Origin: Candidatus Roizmanbacteria bacterium | GTDB lineage: Bacteria; Patescibacteriota; Microgenomatia; UBA1406 | Direction of reading: 5' to 3' | Assembly (NCBI GenBank): GCA_024654535.1 | Contig: JANLHL010000038.1 | Coordinates: forward strand, 237,299-301,298 | DNA length: 64,000 nucleotides | Part shown: piece by piece, positions 20,340 through 29,681 of the stretch | Layout of the letters: each line of letters starts with the position of its first letter | How positions within the stretch are numbered: position 1 is the stretch's first letter | Program-made: the position numbers and the translations under genes | Notes under the pieces: model-generated | Seen by the model: only the letters and a program-made list of their open reading frames with translations | What the model was told of the DNA's origin: nothing | The model's database searches: none

Positions 20340-21106
20340 ATATCTCTTTTCGAAGGGCATAACTCATAAAGTACACAGGCACTACAATTTGGCTTCTTTG
20401 CAGTACAGGTATCACGACCTAGTTTAACAATAAAGTGAGGAAAATTTTTCCAATACTTTTTGGGGACTAAATTCATAAGTTGTCGTTCTATTTTCTCCGG
20501 AGAAGCGTTTTTAAAATAATCACTTTGAGTTATTCCGTTAGTTTTAAATGTTGCCTGTATAGTTCCACCAATCTTTTTTGGTGAAACGAGATGTAAACGT
20601 TGTACTATTCTTTTTACATGCGTATCAACTGTAATGCCTTCACTCTTGTCATAGAGTTCAGACAATAGAACATTGGCTGTCTTACGGGCTATGCCGGGTA
20701 GTGACACTAGTTCATTCATAGTGTTAGGGATGGTACGGTTGTATTTTGATAAAAGTAGTTTCGCGGTTTCTTGTATATTGTGTGCTTTTGCTTTATAAAA
20801 ACCGGTAGCATAGATGAGCTTTTCAAGGGTACCGATTTCCATATATGCGGTGGTAGCTATTTGAGTAGTTTCGCGAGTTATGTTATGTATCTTATTTACT
20901 GTGTTCCAATCTTTAGTTGGCACATTTTTCGAATCTGCAAGGAAAGGAAAAAGTGTTTGAGTTACTATGTTAACTCGCTTATCGGTACACTGAGCAGATA
21001 AAATGACTGCTACAGTCAATTCCCACGGATTTGTGTAGTCGAGCGCGATAGTTGGATCATACTTTTTTGAAAGGCGATCGATAATCTGCTGCAAGTTTGT
21101 GTCCAT
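20336..21106 (-). CDS. nth: endonuclease III (with two insertions)
   Basis: AVILSAQCTDKRVN, LPGIARKTANV, VDTHV, and the Fe-S motif CTAKKPNCSACVLYELC. Confidence 0.92.
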   Translation of the reverse strand: MDTNLQQIIDRLSKKYDPTIALDYTNPWELTVAVILSAQCTDKRVNIVTQTLFPFLADSKNVPTKDWNTVNKIHNITRETTQIATTAYMEIGTLEKLIYATGFYKAKAHNIQETAKLLLSKYNRTIPNTMNELVSLPGIARKTANVLLSELYDKSEGITVDTHVKRIVQRLHLVSPKKIGGTIQATFKTNGITQSDYFKNASPEKIERQLMNLVPKKYWKNFPHFIVKLGRDTCTAKKPNCSACVLYELCPSKRDI

Positions 21107-21222
21107 GAGAGCGTGAACAAGTATAGGTTGTTGCATCGATAATAGCAAGTCGTATATTCTGTTCTGAAGTTCAGATTAGAGAAGTTTGGTACTGAATATC
21201 GAATTTCTAGTATAATAACGAA

Positions 21223-21879
21223 ATGCGCGTACTTATTTTTTCTGATACTCACCTTTACCACTCGTTTGATAAAAAAAAATATGTCTTTTTACGAAACATA
21301 ATTACCAAAGCAGATAGAGTAGTTATTAATGGAGATTTTTGGGATGGGTACTTAACAACATTTGACAGATTTGTAGAATCGAAATGGAAAGATTTATTTC
21401 CACTACTGAAGAAAAAGCAGGCAATATATTTGTATGGCAATCACGACAAAAAAACGTGGAGTGATGAGCGAGTGAAGCTTTTTTCAGTAGATCAGCGCGA
21501 ATCAGTAGTTTTGGATTTTGGTAATTATCGTCTTTTAATTGAACATGGGGATAAAATAGTGCACAAAATTGATGCACTATTGCCGTGGTTGCCAAGACAT
21601 GCTATTTTTGGTTATTTAAGTGATTATTTCCAAAGATTGGGAATGCTTAGCATGGGAGAAGCTTTTTTTGCTTTTTGGGATAGCAAAAATAACGAAAAAA
21701 TGATGAAGCATGCACAGAACATATCTAAACAAAATGAAATACTTGTGTGCGGGCATACTCATTTAGCTCAATTGGCAATCAATAAGCATTTTGCAAACAG
21801 TGGGATAATTCGATTTGGCTGTGGGCAGTATTTGTTGGTTGAAAACGAAGAAATAAAACTCATAAAAGACCACTATTAA
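21223..21879 (+). CDS. calcineurin-like metallophosphoesterase (LpxH/YbbF-like)
   Basis: SDTHL, NGDFWD, GNHD, EHGD, GHTH. Confidence 0.85.
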   Translation: MRVLIFSDTHLYHSFDKKKYVFLRNIITKADRVVINGDFWDGYLTTFDRFVESKWKDLFPLLKKKQAIYLYGNHDKKTWSDERVKLFSVDQRESVVLDFGNYRLLIEHGDKIVHKIDALLPWLPRHAIFGYLSDYFQRLGMLSMGEAFFAFWDSKNNEKMMKHAQNISKQNEILVCGHTHLAQLAINKHFANSGIIRFGCGQYLLVENEEIKLIKDHY

Positions 21880-22661
21880 AACAGTCCTATCAAACCTTTT
21901 TCTTTTGCTTTGGTAAATGATTTATAGAAAAAAACTATAGCGAGAAAGAGATAGAGTATGTTGAGTCCGTAGCTTATCCAAAGATCAGTCCAGTTCACAT
22001 ATCCTTTAAATAAAAAGAGCCTTGAATTTTCAAATACGTAACTTGTGGGAATAAATTTTGCTATTTTTTGAGCCCAAAGTGGTAATACAGATAGGGGATA
22101 GTACACCGCCGAGAATGGAGAAATGAGCATAATTGCCGTCCATGCTAATGTTTGTACTTTTGTTCCATACCGAAGAATGATCCCTGTAATAAAAAACCCC
22201 ACAGCCCAACCCGTAAGAATTAGGCTTGCTCCAAAAGGGATTAGGTACCATCCATAGTATAAAATATTTGCTTTATATAGAAAGAATGCCATCAAAGATG
22301 CAAAGGTCAAGCTTAATATCATTTTTAAAATACCGATAATACTTACTGCAACGATCCACTCAGAAAGTTTTAATGGAGAGACGAATAAATTTACTAAATT
22401 TTTATTCCATAATTCTTCTAAAAAATTGACTGTAATTTCATATTGGCCACGCCATATAATGATCCAAAGTAGTATGCCGGAGACTATCATAAGGACTATA
22501 TTTGGTACATTTTGAGTATTGTTTTTAATGTAGAGACTTGTGATTCCCCACAATAACAAATCCACTGTTGGCCAGTAAAACATATCGGACAAACGATCTA
22601 TACTGTGGACCATATAGTACATATAGCGCAGTACCATGGCATAAATTCTATGTATTTTCAT
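21876..22661 (-). CDS. ABC-2 type transporter permease
   Basis: About 6 TM segments; EELWNKNLVNLFVSPL, YYPLSVLP; adjacent to an ABC ATPase. Confidence 0.88.
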   Translation of the reverse strand: MKIHRIYAMVLRYMYYMVHSIDRLSDMFYWPTVDLLLWGITSLYIKNNTQNVPNIVLMIVSGILLWIIIWRGQYEITVNFLEELWNKNLVNLFVSPLKLSEWIVAVSIIGILKMILSLTFASLMAFFLYKANILYYGWYLIPFGASLILTGWAVGFFITGIILRYGTKVQTLAWTAIMLISPFSAVYYPLSVLPLWAQKIAKFIPTSYVFENSRLFLFKGYVNWTDLWISYGLNILYLFLAIVFFYKSFTKAKEKGLIGLF

Positions 22662-23571
22662 GATGTTTTAAAACTTCCAAGAAAAAATCCTGCAAATTGG
22701 GTTTTTTTATACTTATTTGGTCATACTCAATTTTTTTTTGAGAGAGGAGTGAAAGAAAATGTGCTATGGCGTGTTCGTCTATCTCTACTTCTATTGACCT
22801 TTTATTCACTACGTAGGCAAATTTATATTCTTCACAGAGCGCTACTGTTCGTTTCATACCATCTTTCATCATGAGTTCTAATCGTGATTTGTGGATACGT
22901 TTTGGTAAATTTTCCGGTGTGTCTTCAGCGATTATAGTCCCATGATTAATGAAAATAACTCTGTCACATACCTCCTCAACTTCAGCCATATTATGCGAAG
23001 TGAATAGTATAGATACATTAAATTCGTCTCTCTGATTCATTATAAATTGCCGAATATAGTATGCTGTTTCGGGATCGAGCGAAGCAGTCGGCTCATCTAG
23101 CAATAAAACATCAGGAAAGTTAAGAAATGCTTTTGCCAAATTCAGCCTTGTTTGCTGTCCTGCCGATAGGCTGCTTATTTCTTGGTTCATAAGTTTGTGT
23201 AGTCTAAATACGTCGACTATTTTTTGTATCCGTTGTTTTCTATTTGGAATAGAATAGAGGTACGAAGTATAGTTGAGTACTTCTTTTACTTGCAAACGCC
23301 AAGGCAAGTCGACATAAGTAGATGAAAAATTTACCCTTTCTAGTATCTCTTCTCTATGTGTTTCGAGGTTTTTCCCAAAATATTCAATTGTACCGTTTGT
23401 CTGTTGTAAAATACCCAGTAACATTTGAATAGTCGTCGTTTTACCAGCGCCGTTTGGTCCTAGAAAACCCAGGATTTCTCCCTTTTTAAGGCCAAATGAG
23501 ACATTATTTACCGCAACGAACTTTTTATATTTCTTTGTAAGATTTTTTGCTTCTAGTACATACGTATCCAT
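22648..23571 (-). CDS. ABC transporter ATP-binding protein
   Basis: GPNGAGKTT, LSAGQ, LLLDEPT, TSH. Confidence 0.93.
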   Translation of the reverse strand: MDTYVLEAKNLTKKYKKFVAVNNVSFGLKKGEILGFLGPNGAGKTTTIQMLLGILQQTNGTIEYFGKNLETHREEILERVNFSSTYVDLPWRLQVKEVLNYTSYLYSIPNRKQRIQKIVDVFRLHKLMNQEISSLSAGQQTRLNLAKAFLNFPDVLLLDEPTASLDPETAYYIRQFIMNQRDEFNVSILFTSHNMAEVEEVCDRVIFINHGTIIAEDTPENLPKRIHKSRLELMMKDGMKRTVALCEEYKFAYVVNKRSIEVEIDEHAIAHFLSLLSQKKIEYDQISIKKPNLQDFFLEVLKHHENT

Positions 23572-23625
23572 AGTAGTACTCAGTATACATCACATAGTGG
23601 CGCAAGCGCAACAGGAAAGGATAAT

Positions 23626-24324
23626 TTATTTATTCATATATAATTTCCGCTTTTCGGGAGGGAATTTTTCTAACGAATAACGTAGCGCTGTTCGTGGCAT
23701 TGTTTCAGCATTCACGTTTAAAAAATTCTCAAGCGCTCGTACGTCTCGCTTTCCTGTTTCGCGAAGCATCCAGCCAGCCGCTTTATGTATAAGGTCGTGT
23801 GAATCGTGTAAAAGAATGTTGGCAACTGTAAATACAATTTCAAGTTCGCAGTTGCGAATATACGCAAATGTTGCAACCATGGCTATTCGTTTATCCCACA
23901 ATTGATCTGAATGGGCAAGCGTTTTTAATACTTCGTCATTTTTCGTGAGAAAGCACCATTTTCCAAGAATGTGGTGTGCAGAGGCATCTACTAAATCCCA
24001 GTTATTGATATATTTTTTATTCTTCAAATAGAATTTTTTCAATCTTGTAAGATCGGATAGTGTCGCATTTTTTGATCGGTTAACAAGTATGATGAGAGCA
24101 CACAATCTATATTCGTGGATAGGGGATTGCAGTAATTCTTCAATATCAGAAAAAGAGAGGTTCTTATACTTTTTTGCAATTCCACGTACTTGTGGTACCG
24201 TCAGACCTACAAATGTATCACCTGCACCGTATTCACCTTTTTTTGTCTTAAAAAATCGAGCGCTATGTTTTGCTCTTGAAGGATCAGCTAGTATTGAAAT
24301 GTCGTACATAAGAGTAGAAAGCAT
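23626..24324 (-). CDS. DNA alkylation repair protein (AlkD-like)
   Basis: FFKTKKGEYGAGD, NNWDLVD, LWDKR, IHKAAGWMLRE, MPRTALRY. Start set at ATG 24324 (TATACT 6 nt upstream). Confidence 0.88.
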   Translation of the reverse strand: MLSTLMYDISILADPSRAKHSARFFKTKKGEYGAGDTFVGLTVPQVRGIAKKYKNLSFSDIEELLQSPIHEYRLCALIILVNRSKNATLSDLTRLKKFYLKNKKYINNWDLVDASAHHILGKWCFLTKNDEVLKTLAHSDQLWDKRIAMVATFAYIRNCELEIVFTVANILLHDSHDLIHKAAGWMLRETGKRDVRALENFLNVNAETMPRTALRYSLEKFPPEKRKLYMNK

Positions 24325-24361
24325 GATATAAGTATAGCTCAATTCGGTACGAGGTTACTAT

Positions 24362-25210
24362 TCAATTTGAATATTTACTGACTGTTACGTTGAGATTTTT
24401 GACTATGGTGTCGCACCACAGTGCGCTTTCATCTTCGGCAGTACAATAGATTGATAGATCGTTTCCATCTCTCAATGTTACGCCTTGTGCGTAAGTACAT
24501 GCTGGTGTAGATTCGCTCCATTCAGTACAATCCTCAGGTTTGTTTTTATATGAAAGCGTATATTTCGCACCAATACGAAGATTATTAGCGAAACCACTTG
24601 GAACAACAATATCAGACGTATTAATTCTATAAATCGGGCTATCTGATAATGCTGTATTAGTAATGATCACGGGATTTATTTTTTTCAAGGTACTACTTCC
24701 AGCACCCTCAAATGAAGGCATAATTTCCAATTCAGTTGCTCCGTGTTTGATCGTTAATCCTTTATCAAAAGCACCTTGGTTATACGCTGGAAAATTCCTT
24801 ATTTCGTTAATATCTCTTTTTAGAATTGTTGATGTGTCTTGGGGGTCTGCGGCAAAAGTGAAAGTATAATCATATCTTTCGCCACTTGCCCCTCCTCCGA
24901 TTGCAGCAACTTTTAGTGTTATTGATTGAGCAATAACTTTGCTTGCTGTTGGTTTTGGTGCGTCAGTCATTGCATTTGAAGGATTTGAGACTATTTGCTG
25001 GATGGGTGTGATAGTTGGAAGAGTGTTGTTCGGTGTCGGCGTACTTAACACGGCTTTTTGACGAATTGTTACATTTCGTGCATATACGCTTACGCCGATT
25101 AAGAGAGTGAATAACACAACTGCAACAATCATCCATATATTTCGTTTTGGTATTTCAGGCTTCACCTCAACGGTACCATCTTGATCGTTTTGTATATGAG
25201 AATCGTCCAT
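24362..25210 (-). CDS. single-pass membrane protein with a Pro/Thr linker and a Cys-containing external domain
   Basis: TM segment IWMIVAVVLFTLLIGVSVYA, STPTPNNTLPTITP linker, 4 Cys near the C-terminus. Confidence 0.7.
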   Translation of the reverse strand: MDDSHIQNDQDGTVEVKPEIPKRNIWMIVAVVLFTLLIGVSVYARNVTIRQKAVLSTPTPNNTLPTITPIQQIVSNPSNAMTDAPKPTASKVIAQSITLKVAAIGGGASGERYDYTFTFAADPQDTSTILKRDINEIRNFPAYNQGAFDKGLTIKHGATELEIMPSFEGAGSSTLKKINPVIITNTALSDSPIYRINTSDIVVPSGFANNLRIGAKYTLSYKNKPEDCTEWSESTPACTYAQGVTLRDGNDLSIYCTAEDESALWCDTIVKNLNVTVSKYSN

Positions 25211-25266
25211 ATGTTTGTTAAAAAAGTATAGCAGTATTTTTGCGACGTGTATAATGTACGCAAGAA

Positions 25267-25932
25267 ATGGGAAAAGTTATTATAGAGCCATCATGGAAAA
25301 GTGCATTGCTTGATGAATTTGAAAAGGAATATTTTGTTGATCTTGCAGATTATGTTCGTACAGAATACAAAATAAAGCTTGTCTATCCACCCCCTAAACA
25401 AGTATTTCGTGCATTTGATATGTGCCCATTTGATAAGGTACAAGTCGTCATTGTTGGACAAGACCCTTATCATGGAAAAGGTCAGGCAAATGGCTTGAGT
25501 TTTTCTGTCGCTTCAGACATGCGTCTACCTCCTTCTCTTCAGAATATTTTTAAAGAAATAGAATCAGATCTTAATGTGCGTCCAAAGCAGTCGGGGGATC
25601 TTACTCGCTGGGCGACTCAAGGCGTATTTATGTTGAATGCCGTTCTCACCGTTTTGGCAAATAGCCCAGCTTCTCACAAAGGGAAAGGATGGGAGCTTTT
25701 TACCGATGCAGTTATTCAAACATTGAACACTAAAAGGGAACATATAGTCTATATGCTGTGGGGGAAATATGCTCAGGAAAAAGGCGCAGTAATAGATCAT
25801 ACGAAGAATTTAGTACTTATTTCGGGCCATCCGTCGCCATATTCGGCACACTTATTTTTCAATCATCACCATTTTTCCCAGTGCAATGAATACTTAGTAT
25901 CGCATGGAAAAAAACCAATAGATTGGTCGTAG
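25267..25932 (+). CDS. ung: uracil-DNA glycosylase family 1
   Basis: GQDPYH, GLSFS, PPSLQNI, GVFMLN, HPSPYS. Confidence 0.97.
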   Translation: MGKVIIEPSWKSALLDEFEKEYFVDLADYVRTEYKIKLVYPPPKQVFRAFDMCPFDKVQVVIVGQDPYHGKGQANGLSFSVASDMRLPPSLQNIFKEIESDLNVRPKQSGDLTRWATQGVFMLNAVLTVLANSPASHKGKGWELFTDAVIQTLNTKREHIVYMLWGKYAQEKGAVIDHTKNLVLISGHPSPYSAHLFFNHHHFSQCNEYLVSHGKKPIDWS

Positions 25933-25966
25933 TGTATTTATTCTCTAGAAAAGTTACACTACCTAT

Positions 25967-27130
25967 GTGAAACTAAAGCACAATATACAGTTATTTAATT
26001 TGTTTTCTTTCTTTTATGTTTTAGATTTTTATCTTCCATTAAAAGTAGTTTATTTTTACCACGTTACTGGTTCATATGCTACGGCTGCAAGTATTATTTC
26101 CTTTGTGTGGATCGCACAATCTTTGTTGGAGATACCAACAGGTATTTTTTCTGACATTGTCGGTCGAAAAAAAACTATTATTATTGGATCCTTCTGCTCT
26201 GTACTAGCATACACTCTTTATGCTGCAGGCACTCATTACTGGATATTTCTTATAGGTTCTTTACTAGAGGGAGCTCGAAGATCTCTTTTTAGTGGTAATA
26301 ACAATGCATATTTGCACAATTTGCTATCCAATGAAAACAAAGAAAATGAATATAATCACCATTATGGAAGGCTAAATTCGTATATGGGCATTGCTATGTT
26401 TATAGCTGCTCTTGGATCTGGATTTCTTATTGCCTGGTCGATCACCACTTTTATGTGGATAAATATTGTACCGCAATGTATTGCTTTTATTATATCTCTC
26501 ATGTTATTTGATTTGAGAGTTGAAGAAGTTGTAAATACAAATATATACAAACATTTAAAACAAGCTGTTAATGAGATAAGAACGAATATTAATTTGCGAG
26601 ATCTTAGCCTCTCTGAAATACTAGGCGGTGGTGGCCTTGCGGCGTATGAATACCAAGCGGCTGTATATTCTGCAGTATGGCCAACGTGGGCTATTGGGAT
26701 AGCACGTGCAATTCAAGAGGGTGGCGTTGTGCCAAGTTTTTATTTTGCAGGGAAAATAATAGATAAGCTTGGAGTATATAAGGTTCTTATAACTGACCTG
26801 TTTACAAGCACACTTGGAAATATCTTTGCTGCACTTTCTCAGTCGGTTTTTTCACCACTATTAATTATGTTGAGCTTGCCATTTTATGGAGCTTCTGATA
26901 CTGCTAATCAACAAATTTTGCAAAAAGAATTTTCTGAAAAACAACGGGCAACTATCGCATCTTTAAATTCACTTGGAAACAGCATATCGTTCTCGATTGT
27001 GCTATATATTTGCGGTATTATTGCAAATATATATGGGCCATTCATGGCATTGCTTTCGACACAGATTTTTTTAATACCTTCGCTCTACTTTAAATTCCGA
27101 TTTCTTAATCGCATAAAAAGAAAAAGTTGA
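25967..27130 (+). CDS. MFS transporter
   Basis: LEIPTGIFSDIVGRKK (motif A), about 12 TM segments, QRATIAS; GTG start. Confidence 0.88.
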   Translation: MKLKHNIQLFNLFSFFYVLDFYLPLKVVYFYHVTGSYATAASIISFVWIAQSLLEIPTGIFSDIVGRKKTIIIGSFCSVLAYTLYAAGTHYWIFLIGSLLEGARRSLFSGNNNAYLHNLLSNENKENEYNHHYGRLNSYMGIAMFIAALGSGFLIAWSITTFMWINIVPQCIAFIISLMLFDLRVEEVVNTNIYKHLKQAVNEIRTNINLRDLSLSEILGGGGLAAYEYQAAVYSAVWPTWAIGIARAIQEGGVVPSFYFAGKIIDKLGVYKVLITDLFTSTLGNIFAALSQSVFSPLLIMLSLPFYGASDTANQQILQKEFSEKQRATIASLNSLGNSISFSIVLYICGIIANIYGPFMALLSTQIFLIPSLYFKFRFLNRIKRKS

Positions 27131-27208
27131 GTAGATTGATCTACTAGATCGATGAATACATCTGATAAAGCGATGCTTACTTCTATACTATTGTTGTGTG
27201 GACTTTGT

Positions 27209-27275
27209 CCGCCGTAGCTAAGCCGAATCCCGCATTCGTCCACGACTTTGTCGGGACTTCGGCGAGCAAAGGCGG
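27209..27275. repeat. nested palindromic element abutting the tRNA-Ser 3' end
   Basis: CCGCC(27209)/GGCGG(27271) and GCCGAATCCCG(27222)/CGGGACTTCGGC(27252) stems. Confidence 0.65.
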
Positions 27276-27356
27276 AGGGTACAGGATTTGAACCTGTGAG
27301 GGATTGCTCCCACGAGTTTTCGAAACTCGCGCCTTAAACCGCTCGGCCAACCCTCC
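27273..27356 (-). tRNA. tRNA-Ser (CGA)
   Basis: GGAGGGT acceptor stem, anticodon arm CGAGT-TTCGAAA-ACTCG, long variable arm, GGTTCAAATCC, discriminator G; CCA not encoded. Confidence 0.95.
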
Positions 27357-27473
27357 ATATTCGTACATTATAGCAAAACTCCCTCCCTCAGGAAGGGTTT
27401 GGAATGTCGTCTATAGTCCGTGGAATTTCAAAATATGTTTATTACAATTCAACATAAGAAAGCGGATGATAGT

Positions 27474-27704
27474 ATGATAGATAAAACACCAGCAATAAGC
27501 ACATATACGGTCAAATGTAATTCGTGTACCTATTTTTTCGATGTAAAACAGGCAAAAAACGACAATAAATATATAAAAATAACTCAATCGCGCATAATAA
27601 AAGATACCAATGAAAAAAAACGGACAACGTTTATCCTATTTGAAGCAGACGTTGTAAAGTTTGCTGATGCGCTCAATCAAGCGCAAGCGGATATGAGCTC
27701 GTAA
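27474..27704 (+). CDS. PUR-family (DUF3276-like) nucleic-acid-binding protein
   Basis: TYFFDVKQAKNDNKYIKITQSR..ILFEADVVKF; start uncertain (ORF open from 27420). Confidence 0.7.
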   Translation: MIDKTPAISTYTVKCNSCTYFFDVKQAKNDNKYIKITQSRIIKDTNEKKRTTFILFEADVVKFADALNQAQADMSS

Positions 27705-27722
27705 AGTGTGTACAATAGTGAC

Positions 27723-28343
27723 ATGGTACGCATTGAAACATATAGTCTGGGAGAACTTGCAGCCAATTGTTACATAGTGCATTTTGATGACTCGTGCGTG
27801 GTGATAGATCCTGGCGACAGTGCGGAGTTTATAGCTCAAAAAATTGAGGAGAGTAAACACGAGCTTGTAGCAATGATCGCCACGCATGGTCATTTTGATC
27901 ACGTTATGGCAGTTGGCGAACTGCAACTTTCATATAATGTGCCATTTTTTGTGCATGAAAAAGATATGTTTTTGATTCATAGAATAGCCCAAACAGCTCA
28001 GCACTTTTTGTCATATAAGCCAGTTGTTATTCCACCGAAAAATATACACGATTTTTCACACGATTCATTTTCATCAATAAGTCCATTTATTTCTGTCGTC
28101 GATACCCCTGGTCATACACCAGGGAGTGTGTGCCTGTCTGTGAAAGAAGATAGAACACTTTTTACTGGAGACACCGTATTTGCCCATGGAGTAGGTAGGT
28201 ATGACTTTTCATATAGTAGTAAAAACCAACTGCAGAAATCTCTGCAGAAGATTCGCATGTACCCAGCAGAGACAGTATTATACCCGGGTCATGGAGACTC
28301 GGTTTTGTTGAGCGAGATAGATAGTGATTCTCATAATTTTTAA
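27723..28343 (+). CDS. MBL-fold metallo-hydrolase (glyoxalase II-like)
   Basis: NCYIV, IDPG, THGHFDH, TPGHTPG, FTGD, YPGHG. Confidence 0.92.
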   Translation: MVRIETYSLGELAANCYIVHFDDSCVVIDPGDSAEFIAQKIEESKHELVAMIATHGHFDHVMAVGELQLSYNVPFFVHEKDMFLIHRIAQTAQHFLSYKPVVIPPKNIHDFSHDSFSSISPFISVVDTPGHTPGSVCLSVKEDRTLFTGDTVFAHGVGRYDFSYSSKNQLQKSLQKIRMYPAETVLYPGHGDSVLLSEIDSDSHNF

Positions 28344-28363
28344 TTCATTATACTGTCTATAGA

Positions 28364-29083
28364 ATGATTATTATAAAAGTGCTTTTATTTATTGCGCCGT
28401 TATTTTTGTTGTACATAACTTCTCGTATTGTAACTGCGATGACACTTGAGTTCTTTGCGCATGGATTTAGAAATAGAAAACTAGCTATATGGCTCTATTC
28501 TTTACTATTTTTACCTGGAATTATCTTGCATGAAGCAAGCCACGTTCTTGCAGCCCTCATATTGTTTGTCCGGATCGGAGATGTCAGCTTTTTTCCTCGT
28601 CTTGAAAAAATAGACCACACAGAAGAAATACGACTCGGTTATGCACAAATTGCGAAGAGCGATGTTTTTCGAGCATCATTAATAGGCGCAGCACCGCTTT
28701 TATTGGGATTTTTGTTATTAGGTTTTGGAAATAGCTTTCTATTTGGCGGGTCTGCTTCGTGGGAAAGCATACTTCATACGATTTTATCATGGAAAGGAAT
28801 TGTCGCTATATATGGAGGATTGTCTATTTCTCAACTTATGTGGACGAGCAAAAGCGATAGACAAGATTGGTTTATTGCCCTAGCCTTACTATTTGGCATT
28901 GGCGCGTGTCTATATTTGTTGTTTGGCATACCGTCAGTTTCATTTATCATTCCGTCAGTTGTATACAAAGAAATTTCTTTAGTATCTAGTTCCGTAATAC
29001 ATGGAGCTTGGTTTGTCGTTGGGGTGAATGTAGTGATTGTGGGTTTCCTCTTTTTACTACCTCGGCAAAAGAAACGGATGTAG
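28364..29083 (+). CDS. membrane protein, possible M50-like metalloprotease
   Basis: LPGIILHEASH (HExxH) inside a TM region; IGAAPL. Confidence 0.65.
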   Translation: MIIIKVLLFIAPLFLLYITSRIVTAMTLEFFAHGFRNRKLAIWLYSLLFLPGIILHEASHVLAALILFVRIGDVSFFPRLEKIDHTEEIRLGYAQIAKSDVFRASLIGAAPLLLGFLLLGFGNSFLFGGSASWESILHTILSWKGIVAIYGGLSISQLMWTSKSDRQDWFIALALLFGIGACLYLLFGIPSVSFIIPSVVYKEISLVSSSVIHGAWFVVGVNVVIVGFLFLLPRQKKRM

Positions 29084-29088
29084 ATATG

Positions 29089-29161
29089 TGCCCCCAACGG
29101 GATTCGAACCCGTGTCTGCGCCATGAGAGGGCGCTGTCCTAGGCCACTAGACTATAGGGGC
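29089..29161 (-). tRNA. tRNA-Glu (CTC)
   Basis: GCCCCTA/TGGGGGC acceptor stem, anticodon arm GCGCC-CTCTCAT-GGCGC, GGTTCGAATCC; CCA not encoded. Confidence 0.95.
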
Positions 29162-29167
29162 AGACCG

Positions 29168-29196
29168 TTGACTTTAGTCGCTTCGTATCGTATATT
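29168..29196 (+). promoter_or_regulatory. sigma70 promoter of greA-lysS (TTGACT-17-TATATT)
   Basis: ttgactttagtcgcttcgtatcgtatatt; overlaps a minus-strand TGtTACAAT that faces tRNA-Glu. Confidence 0.6.
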
Positions 29197-29222
29197 GTAA
29201 CACGAGTTAACGTCCAAAAATC

Positions 29223-29681
29223 ATGAAAAATAGTAACCTTATTTTAACACCGCAAGGAAAAAAGAAGCTCGAAGAAGAGCTTGTCGCTTTGCGTACAAAA
29301 AGGCCTTTGGCTTTAGAAGAGTTGCAGCGCGCGCGTGCTATGGGAGACCTTAAAGAAAATAGTGCGTACCAAGCTGCACGCGCACACCTTTCAGACATTG
29401 ACCATCACATAATAAAGTGTGAACTTATGTTGCGTCGAAGTACTGTTGTTGAAAAGCAAGATATTGAAACGGTACAGATTGGGAGTTTGGTAAAAATAAA
29501 AAATGGTTCGTTTGAGATGATTGTTACGATTGTGGGTGAGTCAGAAGCAGACCCAAAGAAGAAGCACATTTCACATGGTTCGCCTTTAGCAAAAGCTCTG
29601 TTGGGTAAGAAAAAGGGTGAACAGGCCAGTCTTGTTACCGAAACAACCGTCATAGAATATAGTATTATTGAAATAACATGA
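29223..29681 (+). CDS. greA: transcription elongation factor GreA
   Basis: LTPQGKKKLEEEL, ARAMGDLKENSAY, ISHGSPLAKALLG. Confidence 0.95.
   Translation: MKNSNLILTPQGKKKLEEELVALRTKRPLALEELQRARAMGDLKENSAYQAARAHLSDIDHHIIKCELMLRRSTVVEKQDIETVQIGSLVKIKNGSFEMIVTIVGESEADPKKKHISHGSPLAKALLGKKKGEQASLVTETTVIEYSIIEIT

Noticed and set aside
21223-21879. lpxH as evidence of lipid A synthesis
   Set aside because: Only generic metallophosphoesterase motifs are present, and no other lpx genes are in the window.
27183-27368. 61-aa minus-strand ORF
   Set aside because: It coincides with tRNA-Ser and its downstream palindrome.
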